Positions 1-7,375 of a DNA stretch of 64,000 bases are shown piece after piece. The notes below the pieces were generated by a model. That model did no database searches and was not told where the DNA came from. It saw nothing but the letters and a program-made list of their open reading frames with translations. Made by a program: the position numbers and the translations under genes. The stretch lies in sequence record MW812341.1. One strand, 5' to 3'. Position 1 is the stretch's first letter. Each line of letters opens with the position of its first letter.

Positions 1-104
1 TCATCGCCAATCGACCCGGCCTGGACAAACGCGAAGGCTTTGTTAATGACGCCGTTCAAGTCATCGTTAATCTCCCGCAGAACGGCATGAGGGTCAAACT
101 CTGA
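1..104 (+). CDS. 3' end of a hypothetical protein (truncated by window edge)
   Basis: Open frame from position 3 (IANRPGLDKREGFVNDAVQVIVNLPQNGMRVKL) ending TGA at 102-104, followed by hairpin TCCTGA-TAG-TCAGGA. Confidence 0.5.
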   Translation, partial: IANRPGLDKREGFVNDAVQVIVNLPQNGMRVKL

Positions 105-150
105 CAGGGGGCCACAGATATCCTGATAGTCAGGAATCAGAAAGTATGAT

Positions 151-540
151 TTACTTAACATAAAACTTAACTCCTGAAGCAATCATTTTCCACAGTCCAA
201 AGTCAACATGCCACATCATGAATTGACTGGTAGGTGTGAAAGTGAGTTCACGTTCAACATGTCGCCACATATCCGAAGACTGGACGATGTAAGTTTGTAT
301 TACTTGATTGATGAAATAATCATCGGAAATTGGATCTTCCGCGATGGTCGCTTTAAACCACTCTCTTACATGGTAAGTTTCGGCGTGACACTGTCGACGA
401 CAAACCTCCATGCGAACTAAATGCTCGACGTATCGGTCAATCGTTTCATGGTGTTGGAAGTAATCTAACCCGCCGAACTGATCCAGTGGTTTAAGCATTT
501 CCCGATAGGTATCGGGTAGCTCAAAATAGATCGTCTGCAC
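151..540 (-). CDS. hypothetical protein (129 aa)
   Basis: ORF track; part of a tightly packed minus-strand run. Confidence 0.7.
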   Translation of the reverse strand: MQTIYFELPDTYREMLKPLDQFGGLDYFQHHETIDRYVEHLVRMEVCRRQCHAETYHVREWFKATIAEDPISDDYFINQVIQTYIVQSSDMWRHVERELTFTPTSQFMMWHVDFGLWKMIASGVKFYVK

Positions 541-967
541 TTTCCATCACCTTCTTCGTGGTGACACGAACAAACTCATCATCAAGTTCGTAAGTGAGTG
601 TGTATCCCTTATACGCTATATTAAACTCTTCGCACATGGCTCTGCGTACTATCTCTGCCCATTCAAAAGCTACATGCCTGGGCACAGCTGGGAATTGTAC
701 TCTGACTATCGTTACTACATCGTCGTAGTTAATGCCAGCGTACGGATTGAAGTGGTGGATGAGATACTGAAACAAATCCCACGTCACGTACTTCAATGTT
801 GTTTGGCAGTCGTATCCCGAAAGATAGACGTCGTTAGCGTGAGCGTTTTCAATTATCCGTAAGTATGCTTTGTACGTCACGAAGCGTATCATCGTCACAG
901 ACGACTGGGGCTTTATAACGCCCGTCCGGGAAGCATTGCCTATAATGAATGTGTCTGATGTCTTCAC
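521..967 (-). CDS. hypothetical protein (true start possibly ATG at 892)
   Basis: ORF track; overlaps neighbours, start uncertain. Confidence 0.65.
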   Translation of the reverse strand: MKTSDTFIIGNASRTGVIKPQSSVTMIRFVTYKAYLRIIENAHANDVYLSGYDCQTTLKYVTWDLFQYLIHHFNPYAGINYDDVVTIVRVQFPAVPRHVAFEWAEIVRRAMCEEFNIAYKGYTLTYELDDEFVRVTTKKVMESADDLF

Positions 968-1508
968 CTATTACCAGCTCCAGTGATACGATGCGGGAGT
1001 TATGTGAGATATGCGGAACCATCTCGACTACAGCAAATCGATTCAGACGTTTGTTCATCTGTCGGAAACTGGTTTTCAGTAATCGTTCGATACCTAAAAC
1101 AAAGTCATGGAAGATTTGTTCGAACGCCGCCGTGATTAATCCTGACGTCGGTTCGTAAACCACATGCTCCACTACTTTACTGCCGAGATAGTCTTTACCC
1201 AGTATTGTGTCGGTAACGACTTTCGACATACTCCGGATGGTTTCGGGTTCACCTAAGATGCCGTTCTTTTGCAGAAGGCTATGCATCATCGGTCGGTCAA
1301 TGTACGGTTCGAGGTGGTCGGTCAGTTGTGCATTAGGCATCTCTTCAATAGAGTAGAAGATTTCCTCCAATGCGGTATGGAGTAGCTGAACGGTCACTTC
1401 TTGCTTTCTTGGTTCATCTATGCGCAGTCCGGCAGCGTAAGGCGTCTTGGCGACACGTCCCCAAAAGTCCTCGTGCACATCACTTGGCTTAATGTGTATT
1501 CTGACCAC
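849..1508 (-). CDS. hypothetical protein (start uncertain)
   Basis: 219-codon ORF in minus-strand run. Confidence 0.7.
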   Translation of the reverse strand: MVRIHIKPSDVHEDFWGRVAKTPYAAGLRIDEPRKQEVTVQLLHTALEEIFYSIEEMPNAQLTDHLEPYIDRPMMHSLLQKNGILGEPETIRSMSKVVTDTILGKDYLGSKVVEHVVYEPTSGLITAAFEQIFHDFVLGIERLLKTSFRQMNKRLNRFAVVEMVPHISHNSRIVSLELVIGEDIRHIHYRQCFPDGRYKAPVVCDDDTLRDVQSILTDN

Positions 1509-1768
1509 GTTTCTACAACCCCATTATGATAAGTAAATGGATGGCGATGGTTTGGCCCCAAACGAGAGAGCATGAACCACGCGTCCGTTCCGTCATAGCG
1601 CTTGGCTATGTCCAGTATAGTTTTTGATAAGTTGAATTGTCCTGGGAATATGAGTTCCTGTATACCGTTAATGATTAACCAATACGGACCTATATACCCA
1701 AGCTTTGTTTTTAAATTCAACTCAAACAAGACCCGCATCATGGGAAGATACTCCTTATGGAATGTCAC
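1418..1768 (-). CDS. hypothetical protein downstream of early promoter
   Basis: ORF track; AAGGAG at about 1751-1756 suggests a start slightly downstream (ATG at 1742). Confidence 0.6.
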   Translation of the reverse strand: MTFHKEYLPMMRVLFELNLKTKLGYIGPYWLIINGIQELIFPGQFNLSKTILDIAKRYDGTDAWFMLSRLGPNHRHPFTYHNGVVETWSEYTLSQVMCTRTFGDVSPRRLTLPDCA

Positions 1769-1786
1769 CTAGATAATATCTATGTC
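1765..1786 (-). promoter_or_regulatory. putative early (virion RNAP) promoter
   Basis: Minus strand GACATAGATATTATCTAGGTGA; matches a motif seen at six intergenic sites; resembles phiKZ early consensus TATATTAC. Confidence 0.65.
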
Positions 1787-1904
1787 AAATATCTTCGATT
1801 GCGGTACGCACATAATGGCGTTGTAACGTATTTTTTTAAGTTACCTGTAGGGTTGGTTAACCCGTTGGTATGAACGCCGTTAAAATGCTTCACAGGAGCT
1901 TTAA

Positions 1905-2717
1905 ATGAATGTCATTGATTATTGCCTGCGTCGTATCCGGCGCGATATCCCTGCTCCAGTTCTCCGGATCGCTTTTATTCCTGAAAACTTACGCTCCTTG
2001 GGTATTGCGAGCGGAGTGGACAACGAAATTACTGAAAAGGTTCTGGACGAATACGTTATCCCTGAAATCTGCCGTATGGGTCAGTTTGAAGAAGTTGACC
2101 TACAGGGTTTGCCGTATGAAAACGATGCGGTAGACTACTACAGCCGTGTGTACTTCATTGACGACTTCAAAACGGGTGGTCGTGAAATCATCGGTGGTTA
2201 TTTGGCTATCACACCAGTGGCCGGACAAGCGTATACGCTGCCTCCTGCGGGCTCCTATCTGGATGGTGCTACTACGGGTATACTGGCCTCTAATCAGCAA
2301 GTGGTGGACTCCCAGTCTGCGTTACCGCGTATCTCCTCTCCAGAGGTTAAGGTACTCGGGCCAAACACTGTGAAGATTAAAGACCCTGGTATGTTCGTCT
2401 ACGGAACTAAGCTGATGGCCAAGTTAGCCATGAGTGAAGAGCTGAACGAAATCAAGGCTGACTTCCATCCGTTGATTGGTACCCTGGCGGTATTTGCTGT
2501 TAAGCAGTACATCTACAACAAACTGATTTTCGATATGGACTCCGGTAAGTTGGAGAACGGTATGGAATTCGGTGCGTTCAAGAATGTGATTGAAGGGTAC
2601 TCCGATGCGGGGGATTCTTTCAACGATACACTCCCAGCAGTTAAACGTGCCATGATCCACAACGATAACATCGGTGACCGTTACAACTGGCAGGCCGGTG
2701 GGCGTTACAAATCGTAA
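1905..2717 (+). CDS. putative virion structural protein (phiKZ-like conserved)
   Basis: 270 aa, AGGAG RBS, upstream TATG late-type motif, on the same strand as the sheath/tube/tape measure genes; function inferred. Confidence 0.6.
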   Translation: MNVIDYCLRRIRRDIPAPVLRIAFIPENLRSLGIASGVDNEITEKVLDEYVIPEICRMGQFEEVDLQGLPYENDAVDYYSRVYFIDDFKTGGREIIGGYLAITPVAGQAYTLPPAGSYLDGATTGILASNQQVVDSQSALPRISSPEVKVLGPNTVKIKDPGMFVYGTKLMAKLAMSEELNEIKADFHPLIGTLAVFAVKQYIYNKLIFDMDSGKLENGMEFGAFKNVIEGYSDAGDSFNDTLPAVKRAMIHNDNIGDRYNWQAGGRYKS

Positions 2718-2764
2718 ACAAAAAAAAAATAAATACTTACCCCTGCGCAAGCAGGGGTAGGGTA
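2718..2764 (-). terminator. intrinsic terminator between convergent genes
   Basis: TACCCCTGC-GCAA-GCAGGGGTA hairpin with a long A-run on + (U-tract on -). Confidence 0.8.
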
Positions 2765-3151
2765 TTATGCTTGCATCAGCAAGTTCTTCAGATGGCTGGC
2801 TGTACCATACGACCAGGCTTCACCGTCCCGCACTTTCTCTTCCTGAGCATTGGCAACACGACGTAGCGAGATAACATGTTCTGCTTTACCTGCAATAGGA
2901 ATGTTAGCGGGAACAGTTGCTTGCTCCACATAACGCCTCACATCATCGAACCCTTCTTTCTCACTCCAGTCAATTTCCACTTCATCAGAAACGTCGAGCT
3001 TCTTTGTATTTGTTGTCTCGTCCGGATGGAAAGCAAACCCCCACTCGATACATTCCAACAGTTGTTTGTCTAGCTCGGTCTTAGGCTTAATCTTACCTAA
3101 CGTTTCTGGATGAGCGAGAATAACATCCAGAGGACGCAACTTCGTCTTCAT
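2765..3151 (-). CDS. hypothetical protein (128 aa)
   Basis: ORF with GGAGAG RBS. Confidence 0.75.
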   Translation of the reverse strand: MKTKLRPLDVILAHPETLGKIKPKTELDKQLLECIEWGFAFHPDETTNTKKLDVSDEVEIDWSEKEGFDDVRRYVEQATVPANIPIAGKAEHVISLRRVANAQEEKVRDGEAWSYGTASHLKNLLMQA

Positions 3152-3217
3152 GCTTCTCTCCTATCGGAATCTAATAATGCTCAGACTCCCTATAGGGAGG
3201 GTATCTGGCGTAAAAAG

Positions 3218-3670
3218 TTAGTGAACGTTCTCGATGTTCGAGCCCATTACGTGTTGTGCAGTGAAGATGCCATCCATGATGACAGCAAATACTTCCTCAT
3301 AAGGTAATGCACGATCCGTCAGACTCTGCGCCATCGAGCGCATGAAACCCAGAATGACCTTGCCGTCTTGACGAAAACGACGAACCTCCTGGGTTGAAAG
3401 ATTGTAACCGGTTTCAACGACCGGGCACGCTGATGCAATACGAACGACTGACATATCCTCATCGAGGTTCAGGGTATCTCGCCATTCCTGAAACAACGGA
3501 TGATGGAATACGAACCCTAACACTTCATCGTGCAGGAGTTCATCATAACGGTTGTTCGGTTGAAAGTTACCAGGCATAACGCCGTCGTGAAAAGCTTTAA
3601 AGATATCTTTCGCTGCGTATCTTGAAAGCATCATTTCAAATTTGTAACTCGTTGGTAATAGATTGGCCAT
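3218..3670 (-). CDS. hypothetical protein (150 aa)
   Basis: ORF with AGGAGGAG RBS. Confidence 0.8.
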   Translation of the reverse strand: MANLLPTSYKFEMMLSRYAAKDIFKAFHDGVMPGNFQPNNRYDELLHDEVLGFVFHHPLFQEWRDTLNLDEDMSVVRIASACPVVETGYNLSTQEVRRFRQDGKVILGFMRSMAQSLTDRALPYEEVFAVIMDGIFTAQHVMGSNIENVH

Positions 3671-3705
3671 GACTATCTCCTCCTATAGAGAACGGGCTCT
3701 ACAGT

Positions 3706-3738
3706 AAAAAAAGAAGGTGACCCGAAGGTCACCTTTTT
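3706..3738. terminator. bidirectional intrinsic terminator
   Basis: AAGGTGACC-CGAA-GGTCACCTT flanked by A- and T-runs. Confidence 0.8.
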
Positions 3739-3741
3739 AAG

Positions 3742-4755
3742 TTATTGATTATTAAGAGCAGTAGCCCACTCATCAAGAGTGAAGTACGCTTTCACCGACA
3801 ATGGAATGTTCGGCGATGATTCCATGTGGCCGTTAAGACTGAAACGAACCATACGTCCGTGGGAATAATAGTTAACCGGTACAGAGTTCATGGTCAACTG
3901 CATCGGTACTACTTGCACCAGACCGTTTGGTGTTAAGGCGGTTTGGTCAGCGAAGTAAATCGCATTGCCACGACGGTGTGGGTAGTAAGTGAATGCATCG
4001 ACGTTGCGAGAGTCCATGGTGCGAGCAATAGTGAACCGTTCACCTTCGAAGTGTTCGCCATGCGGTTTACCTTTCAGTTTCTCGCAGTACAGGAAGTACA
4101 GGTATTTCGCCACGATGTGGAAGTCCACACCTGATATCATCACTTTACGGAAATCCTGAGTTTGCACATACTCGGTGGCTAATGCCCCGTGCGTGTACAT
4201 GTTGAAGATATCCTTAGCGGTATATGTCTCATCTACTGGGAGGTAGAACATACCGCTATGTGCGCTCATGTATGGATTGGTGTGGCTACCTGGGCCTTTC
4301 TGGTGATTAGCCCGCTGCTCCATTTCACGGAACAGTTGTTCCAGTCGACGGTTCTTAATAACGAACGACCCATCCTGATTCATACGGATGATACGTTTAC
4401 CTTCCTGCTCACTCATGTCAGTGTAGAAGGCATCGCCAAAGTGACGCACAAATTCCACGGTGCTAAAGCCGATGGTTTCTTTATCGGTAACGTACGCCAT
4501 GCTCTCTGTAGACTGCATAGAGAGATAACCGCTGGTACCAGCATACGGTTTGAACACACCACGCTCGTTAGAGCACAGCAGGTAGTGCTTAACCGCACGG
4601 TAGATTAACCATGCGTCAATGTTGGTTGGTGGTAATGGTTGTCCGAAGGTCTGGAAGCGTCGTGGTAAGAAAGAACGGATACGCTTGGCTTCGGCTTCGG
4701 TATAACCGTATGACATCAGTGTGCCAACGGCAGAGGCTGCGATAACTACAGACAT
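3742..4755 (-). CDS. hypothetical early protein (337 aa)
   Basis: Long ORF, AAGGAG RBS, directly downstream of an early-promoter motif. Confidence 0.85.
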   Translation of the reverse strand: MSVVIAASAVGTLMSYGYTEAEAKRIRSFLPRRFQTFGQPLPPTNIDAWLIYRAVKHYLLCSNERGVFKPYAGTSGYLSMQSTESMAYVTDKETIGFSTVEFVRHFGDAFYTDMSEQEGKRIIRMNQDGSFVIKNRRLEQLFREMEQRANHQKGPGSHTNPYMSAHSGMFYLPVDETYTAKDIFNMYTHGALATEYVQTQDFRKVMISGVDFHIVAKYLYFLYCEKLKGKPHGEHFEGERFTIARTMDSRNVDAFTYYPHRRGNAIYFADQTALTPNGLVQVVPMQLTMNSVPVNYYSHGRMVRFSLNGHMESSPNIPLSVKAYFTLDEWATALNNQ

Positions 4756-4803
4756 AATAGAACTCCTTGATAGGCAGAGGCATTTGATTACGGGAATGTA
4801 ATC

Positions 4804-4824
4804 TCACCTAAATGATATATATCC
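4804..4824 (-). promoter_or_regulatory. putative early promoter
   Basis: Minus strand GGATATATATCATTTAGGTGA. Confidence 0.6.
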
Positions 4825-4866
4825 AAAAAAATATAGGATACGTCCCTACCCCTTATAGGGGTAGGG
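4825..4866 (-). terminator. intrinsic terminator
   Basis: CCCTACCCCT-TAT-AGGGGTAGGG 10-bp hairpin followed on - by TATATTTTTTT. Confidence 0.75.
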
Positions 4867-4968
4867 GGTACCAGGCTTGTCGGCTTTCGAAGGAACTGCA
4901 AGTGATGTCGGTTTCAGGCAGGAGTGGGTAACTCCAACAACATCGGTATCAACGAGCGGGTTGATTCT

Positions 4969-5775
4969 TTAACGGATGGAATCCACAGTCTTACCGTGAC
5001 GGTTCGTAATGTAGACTTCATCACCCTGATAGATAAACTCATAGACAGCACGAGTGGTATCCGGGAGTAAACCATCTGGGTTTATATCAGAGGCATCGTA
5101 CGACAGTACGCCGATGATAAGGTCGGTTGAGCGATTACCACGACGTGAAGCTTTTAATACCACTTCCTGAGGAAGAGCTTCGCTATCATGATAAACGTAT
5201 TGGAGTTCCACTGATGAAACTTCCGTTGGTTCACCGCCTTCCAAATCGTCGCAGTTGTAACCTGCCCATAACGTGTCGCGATTATAAACCGCAATACGAA
5301 TGTTCTCAGCTTGTACAAAATCAAGCGTAGTACGGCGAGTATCAGGATCGCTGTTTGGAATAGCCGCGAAGGTCAAGTCATCGGTGCCTGGTGGCACGAG
5401 ATAGAATGCTTCGTTAACTGTACCTGCCAGAATGTTTTTCTGGAACTCATCGAAGTTGAAGAACCACGTCGCACGATTAAATGAGGTGATACCAGGAGAT
5501 AACTCTTTAACTAAAGCAATGAGTTCTTCTGGGCTCGGGTCTTTAGCCTCGTATGCGGTAGTGAACTTATCTACCCACACATCGATAGATTCAGGCTTGC
5601 CGTTAATCTGCGGCTTCGCGTCCATAGTAGATTCAATCGCGTCCATTGTAACGCGAGACTCTTTCAGTAACGCCATCGCATCTTTAAATACCTGAGACTT
5701 TGAATCACCTAAGGTAGGAGACTCGTGTTCAGTTGGTGTGCGGTTACCATTGATTTTACGTAAGATAGTAAACAT
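4969..5775 (-). CDS. hypothetical protein (268 aa)
   Basis: Long ORF, AGGAGT RBS. Confidence 0.85.
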   Translation of the reverse strand: MFTILRKINGNRTPTEHESPTLGDSKSQVFKDAMALLKESRVTMDAIESTMDAKPQINGKPESIDVWVDKFTTAYEAKDPSPEELIALVKELSPGITSFNRATWFFNFDEFQKNILAGTVNEAFYLVPPGTDDLTFAAIPNSDPDTRRTTLDFVQAENIRIAVYNRDTLWAGYNCDDLEGGEPTEVSSVELQYVYHDSEALPQEVVLKASRRGNRSTDLIIGVLSYDASDINPDGLLPDTTRAVYEFIYQGDEVYITNRHGKTVDSIR

Positions 5776-6024
5776 AAACTACTCCTGCTTTTGCTGCTGT
5801 TTCTATTGCTTCTATTGTTGTTAGTGGCTTTTCCCCCACTGGGGCTCTATCCGTAAGTTGAGAAAAAAACAAACGGCTAAAGATGGTTCCAGCCACCACA
5901 CCCCGGAGGCAGCCATGCAGGTGGCGACAAAAGGTGTGATGGCCGGAATTTGGTTCTGTGTTACCCCCGACCATGAATGATATTTTTTCCGGAATGTCTT
6001 TCGGGAAAAGGGTAACACAAAATG

Positions 6025-6100
6025 TGGCGGTACCGACAGGGCTTGAACCTGTGACCTGATGATTAACAGTCATCCGCTCTACCAACTGAGCTACGGAACC
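6025..6100 (-). tRNA. tRNA-Asn(GTT)
   Basis: 76-nt cloverleaf, loop CT-GTT-AA, T-loop TTCAAGC, encoded CCA; one U-U mismatch in acceptor stem. Confidence 0.92.
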
Positions 6101-6109
6101 ATAATGCAA

Positions 6110-6190
6110 AGACCGTGGGTGGACTCGAACCACCAGAACCGGTAGGAATCGAACCTCCTGCATCCTAGGATGTTTTCCCAAGACACGGCC
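6110..6190 (-). ncRNA. tRNA-like RNA with two T-arm motifs and no anticodon arm
   Basis: Acceptor GGCCGTG/CACGGTC, T-arm GGTGG-TTCGAGT-CCACC, second AGG-TTCGATT-CCT hairpin upstream; no CCA. Confidence 0.55.
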
Positions 6191-6197
6191 ATAATAG

Positions 6198-6297
6198 GGC
6201 GAACGAAGACAGGATTCGAACCTGTGACCAAGATACCCGCCGGGTATCTCGCTATCCGATTATGAGTCGGGTGTTTATGCCTCTAACTTCATCGTTC
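6198..6297 (-). tRNA. atypical tRNA(CAT) with long variable arm and 8-nt acceptor strands
   Basis: CCGA-CTCATAA-TCGG anticodon arm, GAGATACCC-GGC-GGGTATCTT variable arm, ACAGG-TTCGAAT-CCTGT T-arm, GAACGATG/CTTCGTTC acceptor. Confidence 0.7.
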
Positions 6298-6298
6298 T

Positions 6299-6363
6299 TG
6301 TTTCTGCTGGATTTGAACCAACCTCGTCATTTGGGTGACGACCCCAGACCGACCGGGAGAAAC
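6299..6363 (-). ncRNA. miniature tRNA-like RNA (Trp-like, 6-nt anticodon loop)
   Basis: GTTTCT/AGAAAC acceptor, CCC/GGG D-arm, TCGTCA-CCCAAA-TGACGA arm, GTTGG-TTCAAAT-CCAGC T-arm. Confidence 0.5.
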
Positions 6364-6365
6364 CT

Positions 6366-6590
6366 TTGTAGGGTGAACGCTTGCCATTTAAGGCGGGACT
6401 GATTCTCATCTGCTGGAGCGACGCCGCATAGCACGCTAATTTAAATGAAAAGGCCGCGTTCATTGAATCGAATTGACCGGAGAGAAAGGTGGCTCGTTTT
6501 ATCTCTCGCACTTGTACCCATGCACCCATAGTGAGTCGCTGGGCGGCTCCTTTAATGCGACTCGGGCTGTACCCTACCGTGCTTTCGGTC
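6366..6590 (-). ncRNA. candidate structured ncRNA (about 220 nt)
   Basis: Closing helix GTAGGGT/ACCCTAC, internal GAGTCGC/GCGACTC, GAGAGA/TCTCTC and ATGAA/TTCAT helices; lies inside tRNA array. Confidence 0.5.
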
Positions 6591-6594
6591 AAAC

Positions 6595-6682
6595 TGGCGG
6601 AGAATGAAGGATTCGAACCTTCGGGCCCCTAAGGACCACTCCCTTAGCAGGGGAGCACTTTCGGCCTCTCGGTCAATTCTCC
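6595..6682 (-). tRNA. tRNA-Ser(GCT)
   Basis: 88-nt class II cloverleaf, loop CT-GCT-AA, G73, CCA. Confidence 0.95.
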
Positions 6683-6687
6683 AGATA

Positions 6688-6763
6688 TGGCAGTGCCGAT
6701 GGGGTTTGAACCCACGATCTCTCCCGTGACAGGGGAGCGTCTTAGCCACTCGACTACGGCACT
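6688..6763 (-). tRNA. tRNA-Asp(GTC)
   Basis: 76 nt, loop CT-GTC-AC, G73, CCA. Confidence 0.95.
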
Positions 6764-6768
6764 AAAGT

Positions 6769-6846
6769 TGGGGTGTACGGAGGGACTTGAACCCTCGACC
6801 TCTGACGTCACAAGCCAGAATTCTAACCAACTGAACTACATACACC
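6769..6846 (-). tRNA. tRNA-His(GTG)
   Basis: Loop TT-GTG-AC, G-1:C73 pair, CCA. Confidence 0.95.
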
Positions 6847-6852
6847 ATTAAT

Positions 6853-6935
6853 TGGTGGAAGCATCCGGTATAGCACCGGCCTGGAAGGTCACGGGTTTTT
6901 CACCATGAGTTTCCGAAGCAGCGAGCTTTACTTCC
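6853..6935 (-). ncRNA. CCA-terminated tRNA-like RNA with 8-nt Phe-like loop and variant T-loop
   Basis: GGAAGTA/TGCTTCC acceptor + A + CCA; TCATGG-TGAAAAAC-CCGTGA arm; CCGG-TGCTATA-CCGG T-like arm. Confidence 0.5.
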
Positions 6936-6944
6936 GCTGTTACT

Positions 6945-7108
6945 CAGGAGTAGGCGTGTCATGACGCCTCGTGTTAGTTGCTCGCCTGTGACGGCGCTAC
7001 CTTTAGGGCATCCTAGTGGGGAGTCGAACCCCAATTGCATCCGGCTTGACGCGGGATACAACGTTCCACAACCTAGGCGTTTGAAAACGAACCCCTAAAG
7101 CTCTCCTG
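6945..7108 (-). ncRNA. structured RNA with an embedded, end-less cloverleaf
   Basis: CAGGAG/CTCCTG and CTTTAGGG/CCCTAAAG enclosing helices; inner CCTAG/CTAGG, GTT-GTGG-AAC, TTGTATCC/GGATGCAA, TGGGG-TTCGACT-CCCCA. Confidence 0.6.
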
Positions 7109-7114
7109 CTAATT

Positions 7115-7190
7115 TGGTTCTCCCACGGGGATTTGAACCCCGGTTAACCGCTCGAAAGGCGGCGATCCTAGACCGCTAGATGATGGGAGA
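7115..7190 (-). tRNA. tRNA-Glu(TTC)
   Basis: 76 nt, loop CT-TTC-GA, CCA. Confidence 0.93.
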
Positions 7191-7196
7191 ATTGTT

Positions 7197-7273
7197 TGGT
7201 ATTCCCGACGAGATTTGAACTCGTGTACCGACAGTGAAAGTGTCGTATCCTGGACCAACTAGATGACGGGAAT
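7197..7273 (-). tRNA. tRNA-Glu(TTC), second divergent copy
   Basis: 77 nt, CGACA-CTTTCAC-TGTCG, CCA. Confidence 0.9.
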
Positions 7274-7278
7274 ATATT

Positions 7279-7370
7279 TGGCAGAGAGACTGGGATTCGA
7301 ACCCAGGGAGAGCTTTCGCCCCCAACGGTTTTCAAGACCGGCCCGATAAACCAGACTCCGGCACCTCTCT
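7279..7370 (-). tRNA. tRNA-Ser(TGA)
   Basis: 92-nt class II cloverleaf, loop CT-TGA-AA, G73, CCA. Confidence 0.95.
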
Positions 7371-7375
7371 ATAAA

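Noticed and set aside
5870-5945. HDV/theta ribozyme call
   Set aside because: G-U-initiated P1 is present, but no P3/L3 of proper length and no J4/2 catalytic C motif; kept only as a generic structure.
6198-6297. tRNA-Sec call
   Set aside because: Anticodon is CAT, not TCA; only the geometry is Sec-like.
6853-7110. tmRNA interpretation (3' end TCCACCA)
   Set aside because: No GGGGC 5' end with G3-U70, no ANDENYALAA-like tag frame, and the acceptor pairs locally at 6929-6935.
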